Below, in pieces: positions 28,615 to 38,006 of a stretch of DNA of 61,421 nucleotides. A program made the position numbers and the translations under genes. This stretch comes from a virus (lineage: Duplodnaviria > Caudoviricetes), in the IMG/VR virus record IMGVR_UViG_3300048606_000068, positions 1-61,421 of that record; one strand, 5' to 3'. How positions within the stretch are numbered: the first letter of the stretch is position 1; each line of letters starts with the position of its first letter. The notes under the pieces were generated by a model. It ran no database searches and had not been told where the DNA came from. It was given only the letters and a program-made list of their open reading frames with translations.

Positions 28615-29148
28615 ATGGCTAGCACTGCGTGTGCCGACAGCAACGATTTCCAGACCGACAGTGGCGGCCGGTTGCAGCTGAACCCGGAAGGGCTGCAAAC
28701 CGCTCTGACGACCTTCGCCCGGACAATCCCAGGCGCGGCCAACGTCTACAGCGAGATCCTCACCACCGAGGTCAGTCACCTGACGGTCGTGGTCCCAGGG
28801 AAGTACATCGTCAACTGGGACGCGCACGCGAACGTCGTGATCACGTCCGCCGCTGCCGGGATCGGTGTATCCGCTTCGGCATCAGTCGCGATCAGCCTGA
28901 ACCACGGCGGGATCATCGGCGGTACGGAGACCCTGTGCCAGACCAACATCCAGGGCGCGGCCGTGACTACGGAGCCCGCACTCCAGCTGCACGGCTCCGG
29001 CTCGGGTACGCGCATCATGGACTTGGTTGCCGGTGACGTCATTTCGATGTACATGTCTCGGAACTCTGACCCTGGTACTACGTCCGAAATCCTTTCCAAT
29101 GGGCAGGGCCGTACCCGTATCACCATGTGGCGGATTGGATCGAGCTGA
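28615..29148 (+). CDS. Minor tail protein
   Basis: Beta-rich; GKYIVNW, LVAGDVISMY. Confidence 0.6.
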   Translation: MASTACADSNDFQTDSGGRLQLNPEGLQTALTTFARTIPGAANVYSEILTTEVSHLTVVVPGKYIVNWDAHANVVITSAAAGIGVSASASVAISLNHGGIIGGTETLCQTNIQGAAVTTEPALQLHGSGSGTRIMDLVAGDVISMYMSRNSDPGTTSEILSNGQGRTRITMWRIGSS

Positions 29149-29876
29149 TGACGAAAGCCTTTAGCCAGAACGGATATCTGGCCAACGATGAAACCCTGAT
29201 CAAGACCTGGGACATTCCCGGTACTACGCGGCGGATCCGGCTGCACGAGGGCGCGCCCGGCGCGCTGCTGGTGCACTTCCTGGCCTGGTTCCACGCCAAC
29301 ATCGAACCTCTCGACACCGGCATACTCGACGACTGGGGTTTCGCTGTCCGGCCGATACGGGGTGAGGAGGTCGAGTTCGATGACGACGGCAACGCGATCA
29401 ACCTCAGCAACCACGCCTCCGGCACGGCAGGCGACGCCAACGCCACGAAGCACGGGCTCGGGCAGCGCGGGACCTTCACCAAGACCCAGACCGCCAAGAT
29501 CCGCGCCGAGCTGGGCCGGCCGGAGTACGGCGGCTGCATCCGTTGGGGTGGCGACTACACCAAGCGTGCCGATGAGATGCACTTCGAGATCGTCAAGAGC
29601 ATCGCGGCTTGCCAGGCTGCGCTGTCCCGCCTCACCACACCCCCACCGCAGGAAGGACTCACCGTGGCAGACGTAGACAAGATCCTGGCCTATCAGAAGG
29701 CTTGCACGATCCAGATTCAGGCGAACTTCAAGCAGCTGCTGACCAACTCGACGGCAGCGATCCTGAAGGCCGTCAACGCGACTGATGCCGACGTGGACGC
29801 GCTCAACGCCGAGCTGGACCTGCGTGACGCGCAGATGCTGAAGGCGATCGACGATATCCCCGGTGGTCCGGCGTGA
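29148..29876 (+). CDS. Endolysin, peptidase M15 family
   Basis: SQNG, LSNHASGTAGD, WGGDY...DEMHFE; possible internal start after GGAAGGA near 29666. Confidence 0.88.
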   Translation: MTKAFSQNGYLANDETLIKTWDIPGTTRRIRLHEGAPGALLVHFLAWFHANIEPLDTGILDDWGFAVRPIRGEEVEFDDDGNAINLSNHASGTAGDANATKHGLGQRGTFTKTQTAKIRAELGRPEYGGCIRWGGDYTKRADEMHFEIVKSIAACQAALSRLTTPPPQEGLTVADVDKILAYQKACTIQIQANFKQLLTNSTAAILKAVNATDADVDALNAELDLRDAQMLKAIDDIPGGPA

Positions 29877-30193
29877 CCGCGCCGAGCGTGGGCCGGATTG
29901 TCCACTATCGGTCGTACGGCACTCCGAACGGTGAGTACGAGCCAGAGTGCCGAGCGGCGATCGTCACTGAGGTCGGTGCCTGGATCGACACCCACACTGG
30001 TCCGGTGTTCGTGGACGGCGATCGGGACTACCGAGAGGTAACTCAGATTCACGATCCGATGGCTTGCCGGCTGAAGATCGAGAACCCCACTGGCACGTTC
30101 AATAACGTCTGCCGGTTCGACGTACCACCGACAGCGGAGGACGGCACGACCACGCCGACTCCCGGAACCTGGCACTGGCCGGAAAGGGTCTAA
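29873..30193 (+). CDS. Conserved phage hypothetical protein
   Basis: PSVGRIVHY...AAIVT...GTWHWPERV. Confidence 0.8.
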   Translation: MTAPSVGRIVHYRSYGTPNGEYEPECRAAIVTEVGAWIDTHTGPVFVDGDRDYREVTQIHDPMACRLKIENPTGTFNNVCRFDVPPTAEDGTTTPTPGTWHWPERV

Positions 30194-30195
30194 CG

Positions 30196-30483
30196 ATGAC
30201 GCTCAAAGATCGACTCGCCTCTCTGGTGCGCACCGGCGTGCCGTACCTGGTGGGGCTCGCACTGGCCTGGCTGGCTCGCAAGACCGGCGTAGTGCTGAGC
30301 GACGGCTCCAGCGCCGAGCTGACGGCCTGGGTGGGCTTCCTGGCTGGTACGGCGTACTACGCCGTCGTGCGCTGGGCAGAGGCTCGCTGGCCGCGTGTGG
30401 GCTGGCTCTTGGGCCTGGCCAAGACACCTACGTACGACGTCGTGCCGGGACAGGTTCTCGGTACGAAGGATCAGCGGCTGTAA
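30196..30483 (+). CDS. Holin
   Basis: Two TM helices; RTGVP, YYAVVRWAE.RWP..GWLLG. Confidence 0.8.
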   Translation: MTLKDRLASLVRTGVPYLVGLALAWLARKTGVVLSDGSSAELTAWVGFLAGTAYYAVVRWAEARWPRVGWLLGLAKTPTYDVVPGQVLGTKDQRL

Positions 30484-30563
30484 ACTGTGGCAACGGAAGC
30501 TGACCGGTGACTCATGGGCGGGTAGCCGGACCCAGTTCCCAGCCTCTCGCAGGGCGCTGACAG

Positions 30564-30600
30564 GAAGACCCCTCCGGCTGATCGGCCTGGAGGGGTCTTC
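30564..30600 (+). terminator. Terminator at the end of the late operon
   Basis: GAAGACCCCTCC/GGAGGGGTCTTC. Confidence 0.75.
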
Positions 30601-30649
30601 TGCGTCTAGCCGGGGAATGCTGCTGACATGCTTAACGTTGAAACATGTC

Positions 30650-30979
30650 ATGGACCTGATTGAGCCGCCGAAAGCTGTCGACGTTGAGATCCTCACGATC
30701 CCGGAAATCGCGTACCTCACTGGCCTAGAACGCGGCACGGTTGAGCGCTGGCGACGTGCTGATCCCGAGAAACGGTTCATTGATCCAGATGACTACCTAG
30801 GTTCGATACCTGTATGGCGGTTAGAACGCGTCACTGCGTGGCTGGACGAGTCCTGGCTCAAGATGAAAGACCACAAGGACTATCCGACCCGTCTCCGTTC
30901 CTATGACGTGAAGGCTTGGCGGCAGCATCGCGCTGACGGTGGATTCCGTCGCCGGACTATCCACCGTGCCATGCGGTAA
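30650..30979 (+). CDS. HTH DNA-binding protein, paralog 1 (repressor candidate)
   Basis: LTIPEIAYLTGLERGTVERWR...PVW; TGACATG and CATGTCA sites just upstream. Confidence 0.75.
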   Translation: MDLIEPPKAVDVEILTIPEIAYLTGLERGTVERWRRADPEKRFIDPDDYLGSIPVWRLERVTAWLDESWLKMKDHKDYPTRLRSYDVKAWRQHRADGGFRRRTIHRAMR

Positions 30980-31027
30980 CGTACAGTGTTACATGTCAGC
31001 ACAACCCTGATCCCCCGACGAAAGGAC

Positions 31028-31318
31028 ATGACCATGACCGCCAGCACCGTCCCCAAGGCCAAGGCCCTCACTGAGGACTTGCTCACCATCCCCGAGATCG
31101 CGTTCCTGACCGGCTTCGAGCGGGGCACGGTTGAGCGCTGGCGACTGCGTACGCGCAACGACGAGCCCGTCTTCATCGAACCGGACGACTACATCGGTTC
31201 GACGCCGGTCTTCCGCCTGGGCCGGGTCGTGGCCTGGTGCGAGCTGAACGGCCGGCCAGCCAAGGTCGACGAGTGGCGTGAGCACCGTGACGCCGGCGGC
31301 TTTCGCCGGCGTGCCTGA
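31028..31318 (+). CDS. HTH DNA-binding protein, paralog 2
   Basis: LTIPEIAFLTGFERGTVERWR...; AAAGGA RBS. Confidence 0.8.
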   Translation: MTMTASTVPKAKALTEDLLTIPEIAFLTGFERGTVERWRLRTRNDEPVFIEPDDYIGSTPVFRLGRVVAWCELNGRPAKVDEWREHRDAGGFRRRA

Positions 31319-31597
31319 ATGGCCAGCCAGCAGGAAACTCGTGCGCTGATGCTGGACGCCGTAGGCGAAGTCACGGAGATTGAATCGGCCCAGATTCAGT
31401 ACCGGGTGGGCTTTCGCAACGCAAAAGGTGAAGGGGGCGTTCACTGGCCAGCGGGGAACACTCTGGACGGCGCGAAACAGCAGCTGGCTGAACGGCAAGC
31501 TGCGGAGGCGGGATCGCCCAACGGGATTGCCTACTGGTACGTCGAGGAGCAACGCTCGATCCAGCGCACTTGTGTCGTGCTGGCGGTGGAGCCCTGA
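31319..31597 (+). CDS. Hypothetical protein
   Basis: 92 aa, coupled. Confidence 0.7.
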   Translation: MASQQETRALMLDAVGEVTEIESAQIQYRVGFRNAKGEGGVHWPAGNTLDGAKQQLAERQAAEAGSPNGIAYWYVEEQRSIQRTCVVLAVEP

Positions 31598-32073
31598 TGT
31601 GGTGGTCGTGGTCCCTGGCAGCGATCGGCGTTACCGGGCTGTACCTGGTCACCAGACGAAACTGGCGGGGGTACCTCATCGGCGTAGGCGTTCAGTTCCT
31701 CTGGGTCGCCTACGCCGTCGTCACGCGCCAGTGGGGTTTCATCCTGTCGGCGCTCGTCTACGGCGCGGTCAACATGATCGGGCTGGTCGGGTGGCGTCGA
31801 GAGGCCAAGCGATGCGCGGTAATCCCCTGCCCTGATTTCGAACCGGTTCGGCTGAATCCGCGAGTAACAACGGCTGACTGGCCTCACCTTCCGCCGGCTG
31901 AAGCCTGGGTGGAAGCAGTGCGCATGCAGTACTTCCGGCTGGCCGATTCGATGAGCGCGCTTCCCGTCACCCCTTGCGACTTCCCCGATTGGCATGTGCC
32001 ACATCAGCATGTGGATCACGAAGCGACTCCACCGCTGTACTACGAATGCCCGGGGGATCCGATTCGACGCTGA
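31597..32073 (+). CDS. PnuC-like small membrane protein with soluble C-terminal extension
   Basis: WSWSLAAIG..G.YL...W.G..IG...Q.LW..YA....QWGFI. Confidence 0.65.
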   Translation: MWWSWSLAAIGVTGLYLVTRRNWRGYLIGVGVQFLWVAYAVVTRQWGFILSALVYGAVNMIGLVGWRREAKRCAVIPCPDFEPVRLNPRVTTADWPHLPPAEAWVEAVRMQYFRLADSMSALPVTPCDFPDWHVPHQHVDHEATPPLYYECPGDPIRR

Positions 32074-32160
32074 TCCCGTGACTCCGCTGCTGGACTGACG
32101 TACGGTGAAGGCATAACCCCCCTGGCTGGACAACCCCCGAGGTTCGGCCAACCGCAGAAT

Positions 32161-32194
32161 AGCCCCGGCTCTCAGTGAGAGCCGGGGCTGTTTT
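32161..32194. terminator. Terminator between convergent operons
   Basis: AGCCCCGGCTCTC-agt-GAGAGCCGGGGCT-gtttt. Confidence 0.85.
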
Positions 32195-32205
32195 GGTGTC
32201 AGGGG

Positions 32206-32427
32206 TCAGTCGCGGAAAGCAGCTCGGAAGTTCAGGGCTTCCTCTTGCAGCTCCAGCACCGCCTGGTGGAGAGTTCCGATCTCCCGAAGCGCTTGCTCAG
32301 CAACACCAGGCTGGCCGTGAATCGCGGCCTGCATGACCATTCCCATGATTCGGCCGAGGTCGCTCTCGATCGTTGCCAAGCAGTGTCCTACGCCTAGCGC
32401 GTGGGCTTTGACCAGCTCGGCGCTCAT
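32206..32427 (-). CDS. Hypothetical protein
   Basis: MSAELVKAH..., coupled start. Confidence 0.65.
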   Translation of the reverse strand: MSAELVKAHALGVGHCLATIESDLGRIMGMVMQAAIHGQPGVAEQALREIGTLHQAVLELQEEALNFRAAFRD

Positions 32428-32675
32428 ACCGTCACCAACAGGATTCGGTCGCCCATCCAGAAGCCCTCGCTGCGGCCGTCGTCGCCGAGCGGAGGCAGGG
32501 CCAGTGCGGTACGCCATTGCTCGACGTGCTCGCTCTCAGCGGCTACCAGAGCGATCCGGCCGGACAGGAACATCCGCTCGAAGGGCGGCAGGTCGTGCAG
32601 CTTGGCCAGATTCTTCAGTGCTGATCGCAAGGGACAGCTCACCTCATCGCTCATGTCGATCACGGCGCTGGTCAT
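32424..32675 (-). CDS. Hypothetical protein
   Basis: MTSAVIDMSD..., ATGA overlap. Confidence 0.6.
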   Translation of the reverse strand: MTSAVIDMSDEVSCPLRSALKNLAKLHDLPPFERMFLSGRIALVAAESEHVEQWRTALALPPLGDDGRSEGFWMGDRILLVTV

Positions 32676-32893
32676 CGGCCAGCGCATTCGGCGTCGCAGT
32701 AGCTCCGGTTGCTCTTCTCCTGGATGGCGATCCGGAGCGACCGGCCGGTGACGCACTCGACGTCGCCGACCGTGTTCCGGGTCACGGCCCAGTCTGCGCC
32801 GATGGCTTCCACCCGTCGGCACTTGTACGAGTCGCGGCCGAAGGCTCCACCGCAGAAGCCGTGAATGACTTCGCCCACCTGAAGGGGGTTCAT
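32672..32893 (-). CDS. Hypothetical protein
   Basis: GFCGGAFGRDSY..RVEAIGADW. Confidence 0.7.
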   Translation of the reverse strand: MNPLQVGEVIHGFCGGAFGRDSYKCRRVEAIGADWAVTRNTVGDVECVTGRSLRIAIQEKSNRSYCDAECAGR

Positions 32894-32997
32894 CAGTTGC
32901 TCCAGTACGTGCAGTCATCGTCCGGGCAGCTGACCTCAATCGTGCCGACGCCAACCCTGTAGACCTCTACGGTTCCTTCGCCCTGGCATTCGCACAT
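32893..32997 (-). CDS. Small Cys-containing protein (34 aa)
   Basis: GGAGG RBS; MCECQGEG...CPDDDC. Confidence 0.6.
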   Translation of the reverse strand: MCECQGEGTVEVYRVGVGTIEVSCPDDDCTYWSN

Positions 32998-33026
32998 GTG
33001 ACTCAGCCTCCCGGCCCTCGCTGTTG

Positions 33027-33083
33027 CTCTGACATGCAGAACATTACAGGAGCCGGAAGGCTGTTGTCTAGTAGAACATGTCA
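33027..33083 (-). promoter_or_regulatory. Early promoter with operator
   Basis: TAGACA-18-TAATGT-TCTGCATGTCAG; operator 33065-33083. Confidence 0.7.
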
Positions 33084-33266
33084 TTTCGGGTGGGCGAGAT
33101 ACCAGAGATCCCGCTCCAGCTCCCACCGGTTGGTGCTGTCGAAGATCCGCCGAGCCGGCCGGCCACACTCCGCCAGCCATTGGTCTTGCAGATCACCGGT
33201 TTCATGGAAACGGGCGTTGCTGAAGCCCTGGCACCCGTCGTCGCAGTACGGCGCGCGGTCGCTCAC
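33081..33266 (-). CDS. Hypothetical protein
   Basis: 61 aa, coupled. Confidence 0.6.
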   Translation of the reverse strand: MSDRAPYCDDGCQGFSNARFHETGDLQDQWLAECGRPARRIFDSTNRWELERDLWYLAHPK

Positions 33267-33814
33267 TTCGGATGCCGGTCGTCCGTACAGCGTCGAGCAT
33301 CCAGCGGGCTGACCGAGATCAGTCGCCGGTACTTGGTCCGGCCACCGCAGCTCGGACAGGCACGCGGCGCTGGTTTGCTGCGGGTCGCGCCGCCAGTCTC
33401 ACTGTTGCACTTCGAGCATGCGGGGCGGATGTTGTTGCGGCGGTAGGTGCCACCCTGACAGCCCGGGACGATCCGGTCCACGGTGACGGTGTCGACGGTG
33501 CAGAGCTTCCCGCAGCGGTAGCACCGGCAACATAGGATGGCGTCATCGCCGTAGACGTCCAGCGCGCTGGCCGGAACCTCGCGAGGGTTGCTGAACTCAT
33601 CGTGCACCAGGAACACGTCGGCCGTGAACGTATCGACCAGCCATTGCCGACGGCGACGCCGGTCCTCGCTGTTGCCATTCGAGTTCCCGTTGCTCGCGCC
33701 CCGGTGGGTCTTCGGCATGTCTTCCACCGGCCGCCCTACCCCCATTTCGTCCAGCTCCAGTTGGAACGTACGTGCACGGCTGGCTCGCTCGACCATGCCC
33801 GGCGGGACGCTCAC
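33263..33814 (-). CDS. HNH endonuclease
   Basis: CYRCG...TVDRIVPGCQGG....NIRPACSKCN. Confidence 0.85.
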   Translation of the reverse strand: MSVPPGMVERASRARTFQLELDEMGVGRPVEDMPKTHRGASNGNSNGNSEDRRRRRQWLVDTFTADVFLVHDEFSNPREVPASALDVYGDDAILCCRCYRCGKLCTVDTVTVDRIVPGCQGGTYRRNNIRPACSKCNSETGGATRSKPAPRACPSCGGRTKYRRLISVSPLDARRCTDDRHPK

Positions 33815-33987
33815 AGCTTCAGATCCTCAGGTCGGGCGGTCGGAAAGCTGCTGCGAATGTTCCTGGCCTGCCAGCGCGCCATGCGCCATCCAGCATCGTC
33901 TCCCGCTGCCTTCCGGTGGGTGGCGACCACATCCCACAGCCGGGCGCGGTCACCAGCGGGGATTAGAAGCAGGCTCTGCCTAGCCAC
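33811..33987 (-). CDS. Hypothetical protein
   Basis: Fills the gap between coupled genes. Confidence 0.5.
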   Translation of the reverse strand: MARQSLLLIPAGDRARLWDVVATHRKAAGDDAGWRMARWQARNIRSSFPTARPEDLKL

Positions 33988-34339
33988 GGGGAGCCCGCAG
34001 CGCCATCGCTTCCGTACGCGAACGGGTAGGCACGTTGTTGCGGGCCAGGACCTTGAACACGGTGGCCGGCTGGATGCCCAGGGCACCCGCGACCACCTTG
34101 GACGACTTCAGCTCGTCGCGGTACAGCCGGATCACCTTCTGCTCTATCGCCTGGGACAGGCGTTTCCGGGAGTTGGTGCTCTCTGCCTTCGGCGGCTTGG
34201 GCTCTGCCAGTTCGCCGTCGTCCTTCGGCTTGGCCGGGGCTGCTGCCGCCTTCCAGACCTCGGGCCGGTGGGGGCTTCCATCGTTGCAGATGGACCAGTC
34301 GAGCCCGACCGGGATCCGGTCCTCATATCGCAGGGTCAT
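33980..34339 (-). CDS. HTH DNA-binding protein
   Basis: IRLYRDELKSSKVVAGALGIQPATVFKVL; GAGGAG RBS. Confidence 0.8.
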   Translation of the reverse strand: MTLRYEDRIPVGLDWSICNDGSPHRPEVWKAAAAPAKPKDDGELAEPKPPKAESTNSRKRLSQAIEQKVIRLYRDELKSSKVVAGALGIQPATVFKVLARNNVPTRSRTEAMALRAPRG

Positions 34340-34364
34340 TGTGGAACTCCTCTCGCAGTGACGT

Positions 34365-34411
34365 TCAAATGAAACTTGCACGGAGTCAAGCATGACAGGT
34401 TCTACGTGTCA
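34365..34411. promoter_or_regulatory. Adjacent type-2 and type-1 operators
   Basis: TCAAATGAAACTTGC at 34365-79 and TGACAGGTTCTACGTGTCA at 34393-411. Confidence 0.65.
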
Positions 34412-34617
34412 AGATAGAGACGGCCGGCGTCACGCATCTGGTATATCCGCGAACGGGTCAGTCCCGTTTCATCAGCCAGCCGCCGAACCGAGACACCCGT
34501 GTCGATCGCGATAGCCACGTACAGCTCAGCGCTGCGCTTGGCCTCCTCGATCTTGGCCCGGCCGATCAGCACCCGCTTGATCGCCAGTTTCTGCTTCAAG
34601 GTCAGCTCTTTCATCAT
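34402..34617 (-). CDS. HTH DNA-binding protein
   Basis: GVSVRRLADETGLTRSRIYQM. Confidence 0.8.
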   Translation of the reverse strand: MMKELTLKQKLAIKRVLIGRAKIEEAKRSAELYVAIAIDTGVSVRRLADETGLTRSRIYQMRDAGRLYLDT

Positions 34618-34624
34618 GTGCGCC

Positions 34625-36451
34625 TCATTTCGTGTAGCGATCGACAACGTGACCCTCGACGTTCAATGGCAGGCCGTCGGCCCAGTCAGGGTGTCGGACC
34701 ATCTCCCGGGAGATCACTTCCAGGTGATCGCCGTCGGCAACGATCTCGTCGTGCACGGTCGCGACGGTGGGGATCCCGAGCTGCTCCAGCTTCGGCAGTA
34801 CGCCGGCCATCAGGTCCCGAGCGATCGCCTGGACCGTGTTCTCTATCGTGATCCCCGGCCAGAGCTTGGCCAGCTTGCCGTTGGGGTGGTTGAACACGAC
34901 CTGCTTGCGTGGCCTGCCCTCGCGGTCAACGCCGTCGATCTTGCGTACGTTGCGGTAGACGATCTCCCGGCCGGACGGCAGAAGGATCCGCCGGACCCCA
35001 CGGGTTGATGCGTCAACCGATACCCGGCCGGCCTGACCGCCCTTCTGGAAGGCGTCCCACAGTTCGTACCAGTAGCTCTTGATGTTCGGCGACGCGGCTC
35101 GCCACTTGTCCACCAGCCACTGTAGGTGCTGGTCGTCGCCGAGCGAGTCCCCACCCATCTTCCGCAGCGCGCCGACGCCGCCAACGAAGCCCAGGGCCAG
35201 GGCCGACACCTTGCCCTCTTGCCGGGTCCGAACGCCCATCTGCTTGGCCGTCTCGACGTAGATGTCCCGGCCGCCGGCGAAGGCTTCCAGCATCCAGGTC
35301 TCCCCTGCCAGCCACGCCGTCACCCTGGCTTCGATAGCGCTGTAGTCCACCACGGTTATGGGTCCGAGCAGCAGAGGGCGTACAAGGGCTTTCAGGGCCT
35401 GCGGGTCGGCACCGAATCCGCACAGCAGATCCAGGATCGCGAGGGGCTCCAGCTCACCCAGGGACTTGCGGGGAAGGTTCTGGAGCTGCACGCCCTTGCC
35501 GGACCAGCGACCGGTGTGCGCGCCGTAGTACTTCGACTGGCCACGTAGCCGATTGTCGCTGTTGACCATGACCACGGCGGCCGTGAACTTCGCCGACGAC
35601 GCGGGGGCCAGCAGTTGGCGCAGCTCGAAGACCCGGGCGACGTCGGCGGGCAGATCGGTGTCCAGCAGTTCGGTCACTGTTTCGGCTCGCAGGTTGGTGA
35701 CTGTGACGCCCTGTTCCTCCAGCCAGGCACTCATCTGCTGGACGCTGGCGGGATTCTCGACACCGGTCAGCTCGATCACTTCCCGACGCGCGTTGGCCCG
35801 GTTGTCGGCCGCAGCGGCAACGGCTGCCTTCGCCATTTCCCGATCGATTCGGACGCCCCGGTCGTTGATCAGTTGGTCCGCGATCCAGACGGCTCGCTCG
35901 TCCGCGCTCTGCTCCGGCATTCGGTGGGACGCCTCGCGCATCGCCTCCACATCGTTGGCGCAGTACTGCACGAAGGCGTCCCACTTCTCAGGGTGCGTCT
36001 CCGCCGTGTTCCGGGTGCCGTCGCGCCTGGGCTTGCTGAAGGTGTTGATCAGCAGAGTTCCGGCACTGTCCTTCTGGTGCACCCGCAGCGCCTTGGTGAG
36101 CCTGTCCAGGTTCTGCGGGTAGGACTCCATCGCGGCCTGGATCATGGAATCGCCCCAACTGCGGGGGTGGAGGTACTGGCCGACCGGCATGCCGAGGTGG
36201 GAGCTGGTAGCCACCCGATCGAAGTTGCTGTTGTGCGCGACGGCGAGCACGTCCGGCCGATCGAGCAGCTCGATCAACGGTTCGAAGTGGTCGAACAGCT
36301 CGACAGGGCCGACGGCAACTTTCACCGGGTCGTCATCGATCGCGTATGCCGCCATCAGCACTTCGAAGGACTCGTGCTCGACGTACCGGTATACACCTAC
36401 CTTGCGGATGTCCAGCTCGCAGTAGGTCTCCAGGTCGAGCCAGAGCCTCAC
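34625..36451 (-). CDS. DNA polymerase family A
   Basis: Exo DLET and AHNSNFD; TGRWS, DYSAIEAR, RQEGKVSALALGF, TVHDEIV. Confidence 0.95.
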   Translation of the reverse strand: MRLWLDLETYCELDIRKVGVYRYVEHESFEVLMAAYAIDDDPVKVAVGPVELFDHFEPLIELLDRPDVLAVAHNSNFDRVATSSHLGMPVGQYLHPRSWGDSMIQAAMESYPQNLDRLTKALRVHQKDSAGTLLINTFSKPRRDGTRNTAETHPEKWDAFVQYCANDVEAMREASHRMPEQSADERAVWIADQLINDRGVRIDREMAKAAVAAAADNRANARREVIELTGVENPASVQQMSAWLEEQGVTVTNLRAETVTELLDTDLPADVARVFELRQLLAPASSAKFTAAVVMVNSDNRLRGQSKYYGAHTGRWSGKGVQLQNLPRKSLGELEPLAILDLLCGFGADPQALKALVRPLLLGPITVVDYSAIEARVTAWLAGETWMLEAFAGGRDIYVETAKQMGVRTRQEGKVSALALGFVGGVGALRKMGGDSLGDDQHLQWLVDKWRAASPNIKSYWYELWDAFQKGGQAGRVSVDASTRGVRRILLPSGREIVYRNVRKIDGVDREGRPRKQVVFNHPNGKLAKLWPGITIENTVQAIARDLMAGVLPKLEQLGIPTVATVHDEIVADGDHLEVISREMVRHPDWADGLPLNVEGHVVDRYTK

Positions 36452-36627
36452 TGTGGATCCAGGATCGCTCGGATCTTGTCAGCTGCCCATTCACACGCCA
36501 CGCCCGCAGGACAGCTGTCACGGGCCAAGTCGTCCAGCTCAGCTAGCAACTCTTCCAGCTGTGCCTGTTGGGCTTCTACCTCATCGGCAGCGTAAACCCG
36601 CTCGCCGATCCGTCGCAGTCTCGCCAC
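36448..36627 (-). CDS. Hypothetical protein (59 aa, not in ORF track)
   Basis: GAGGAG RBS; MARLRRIGERVYAADE...; GTGA overlap with the polymerase start. Confidence 0.65.
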   Translation of the reverse strand: MARLRRIGERVYAADEVEAQQAQLEELLAELDDLARDSCPAGVACEWAADKIRAILDPQ

Positions 36628-36650
36628 GATTCACTCCTCTCAGGTACGAC

Positions 36651-36690
36651 GATGGGCCGGTGCCCTCCCCAGTGGAAGCACCGGCCCATC
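36651..36690 (-). terminator. Hairpin after SSB gene
   Basis: GATGGGCCGGTGC/GCACCGGCCCATC. Confidence 0.65.
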
Positions 36691-36701
36691 ATCAGGGCGG
36701 A

Positions 36702-37319
36702 TCAGATGAGGTTGTCGTCCCCATCGGCCGGCGCGTCGGCGTCTTCGAAGTCGTCCCCGAAGACCTCCTCGGCCTTCTCACGGGCCGCACCCAGCGGCTC
36801 GCCGTAGCCCAGGATCTGAACCGAGTTCAGGCCGAAGCTGACGCCCTTGTTGCCTTGGGTGGAGTACGCGTAGGCCGAGAGGCTGACCCGCGCGTAGACG
36901 CCGCCGTAGACCTCGGACTGGTCCAGGATCGGCTCCAGGTCCTTGTTCACGACCTGCGGCTTGTACTGCTCGGCGCTGCGGGCGTTCATGAACCAGTGGC
37001 CGGCGCGCTCGGGGCGGCCGTCCTGCTCGTCCTCGTCGTCCCCGTCCCGCAGGGTGTCGCTGAACTTCTTGTGCGGGAACTTCTCCGCACCCCAGGTGGG
37101 GATCGCGTCGCCGAGCGCCTTGCGGCCCTTCTCCGAGTTGGCCGCCGCGTTCTGCGCGTTCCGGATCTTCGCGACGGTCTTGGTGTCCCCCTTCGGGATC
37201 AGGATCTCGACGCTGAACTTCGCGTCCTGGCCCTCTTCGGCAGCCCGTGCCTTGAACAGGTTCGGGAAGCTGAGACGGACCCGGCCGGTGACGACCTTGA
37301 CGTTACTGTTGTCTACCAT
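36702..37319 (-). CDS. ssDNA-binding protein (DUF2815/Gp2.5-like)
   Basis: VRLSFPNLF, LRDGD, VYGGVY, GNKGVSFGLNSVQ, acidic tail. Confidence 0.9.
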   Translation of the reverse strand: MVDNSNVKVVTGRVRLSFPNLFKARAAEEGQDAKFSVEILIPKGDTKTVAKIRNAQNAAANSEKGRKALGDAIPTWGAEKFPHKKFSDTLRDGDDEDEQDGRPERAGHWFMNARSAEQYKPQVVNKDLEPILDQSEVYGGVYARVSLSAYAYSTQGNKGVSFGLNSVQILGYGEPLGAAREKAEEVFGDDFEDADAPADGDDNLI

Positions 37320-37358
37320 TTTTCCTGTGTCTCCTGACGTTCGGGTTGTTTCGAGTTG

Positions 37359-37402
37359 TCAACTGCAATTTGAACATTACCGGATAGCGACGGGTAGTGC
37401 AA
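37359..37402 (-). promoter_or_regulatory. Promoter with type-2 operator
   Basis: TTGCAC-17-TAATGT abutting TCAACTGCAATTTGA. Confidence 0.7.
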
Positions 37403-37403
37403 G

Positions 37404-37607
37404 TCAGATGGGGTTCGCGTTGACGCGCTTCCCACAGTTGCCGCAATGAGCCGTGGCCCAGTACTCGCCGTCACCATCCATTGTGCTGTGAAGTGTTGTC
37501 AGCTTGACGAAACGCCCGCACAGATCACACTTGTGCGGCCAATTCCGGTTCTCCGGCAGGTTGGGGAGTTCGGTGCCGATCAGCTCGGCTAGCAAATCAG
37601 TTCCCAT
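37404..37607 (-). CDS. Small Zn-ribbon-like protein
   Basis: CDLC...CGNC. Confidence 0.6.
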   Translation of the reverse strand: MGTDLLAELIGTELPNLPENRNWPHKCDLCGRFVKLTTLHSTMDGDGEYWATAHCGNCGKRVNANPI

Positions 37608-37706
37608 CTTCGCCCTCGTAGCAATCGATGTGGACGAACCTGCCGTGATCATCGCGGGTGAAGGTGTCCTCGGAACGGATGAGTTCGCCGCAGACGTGGC
37701 AGCGAT

Positions 37707-38006
37707 TCATGCCAAGCCCTTGGGCTTGTACGACCGGACCAGCTTCCGGATCTCCGGGGGAAGATCAGCGAAGTGCGCCGCAGCCGACGCACGCGTTGAA
37801 CCGAGCGAACCATCCGCCTTGTACCGAACGCCCACCAGATACAGGGTCTTTTCACCAGAAGTAAGCAGCTCATGCATCTCGATTCGCTTGACCTGCATGG
37901 TGAAAAACCCCGAGCGTGACCGCTGATTGCTGTTGGCAATCGTGGCTTCCACGTCAAACCATTCGTCCGAATCAAGGGACAGGTCAGTCTTCCGGTAGCT
38001 CCACAT
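37707..38006 (-). CDS. Hypothetical protein
   Basis: 99 aa, coupled. Confidence 0.65.
   Translation of the reverse strand: MWSYRKTDLSLDSDEWFDVEATIANSNQRSRSGFFTMQVKRIEMHELLTSGEKTLYLVGVRYKADGSLGSTRASAAAHFADLPPEIRKLVRSYKPKGLA

Noticed and set aside
16748-29148. Diversity-generating retroelement or invertible tail-fibre cassette
   Set aside because: No reverse transcriptase, invertase or template/variable repeat pair was seen.
32074-32160. Possible tRNA in intergenic gaps (also 30484-30560 and 15570-15730)
   Set aside because: No convincing cloverleaf with T-loop and acceptor stem could be built by eye.
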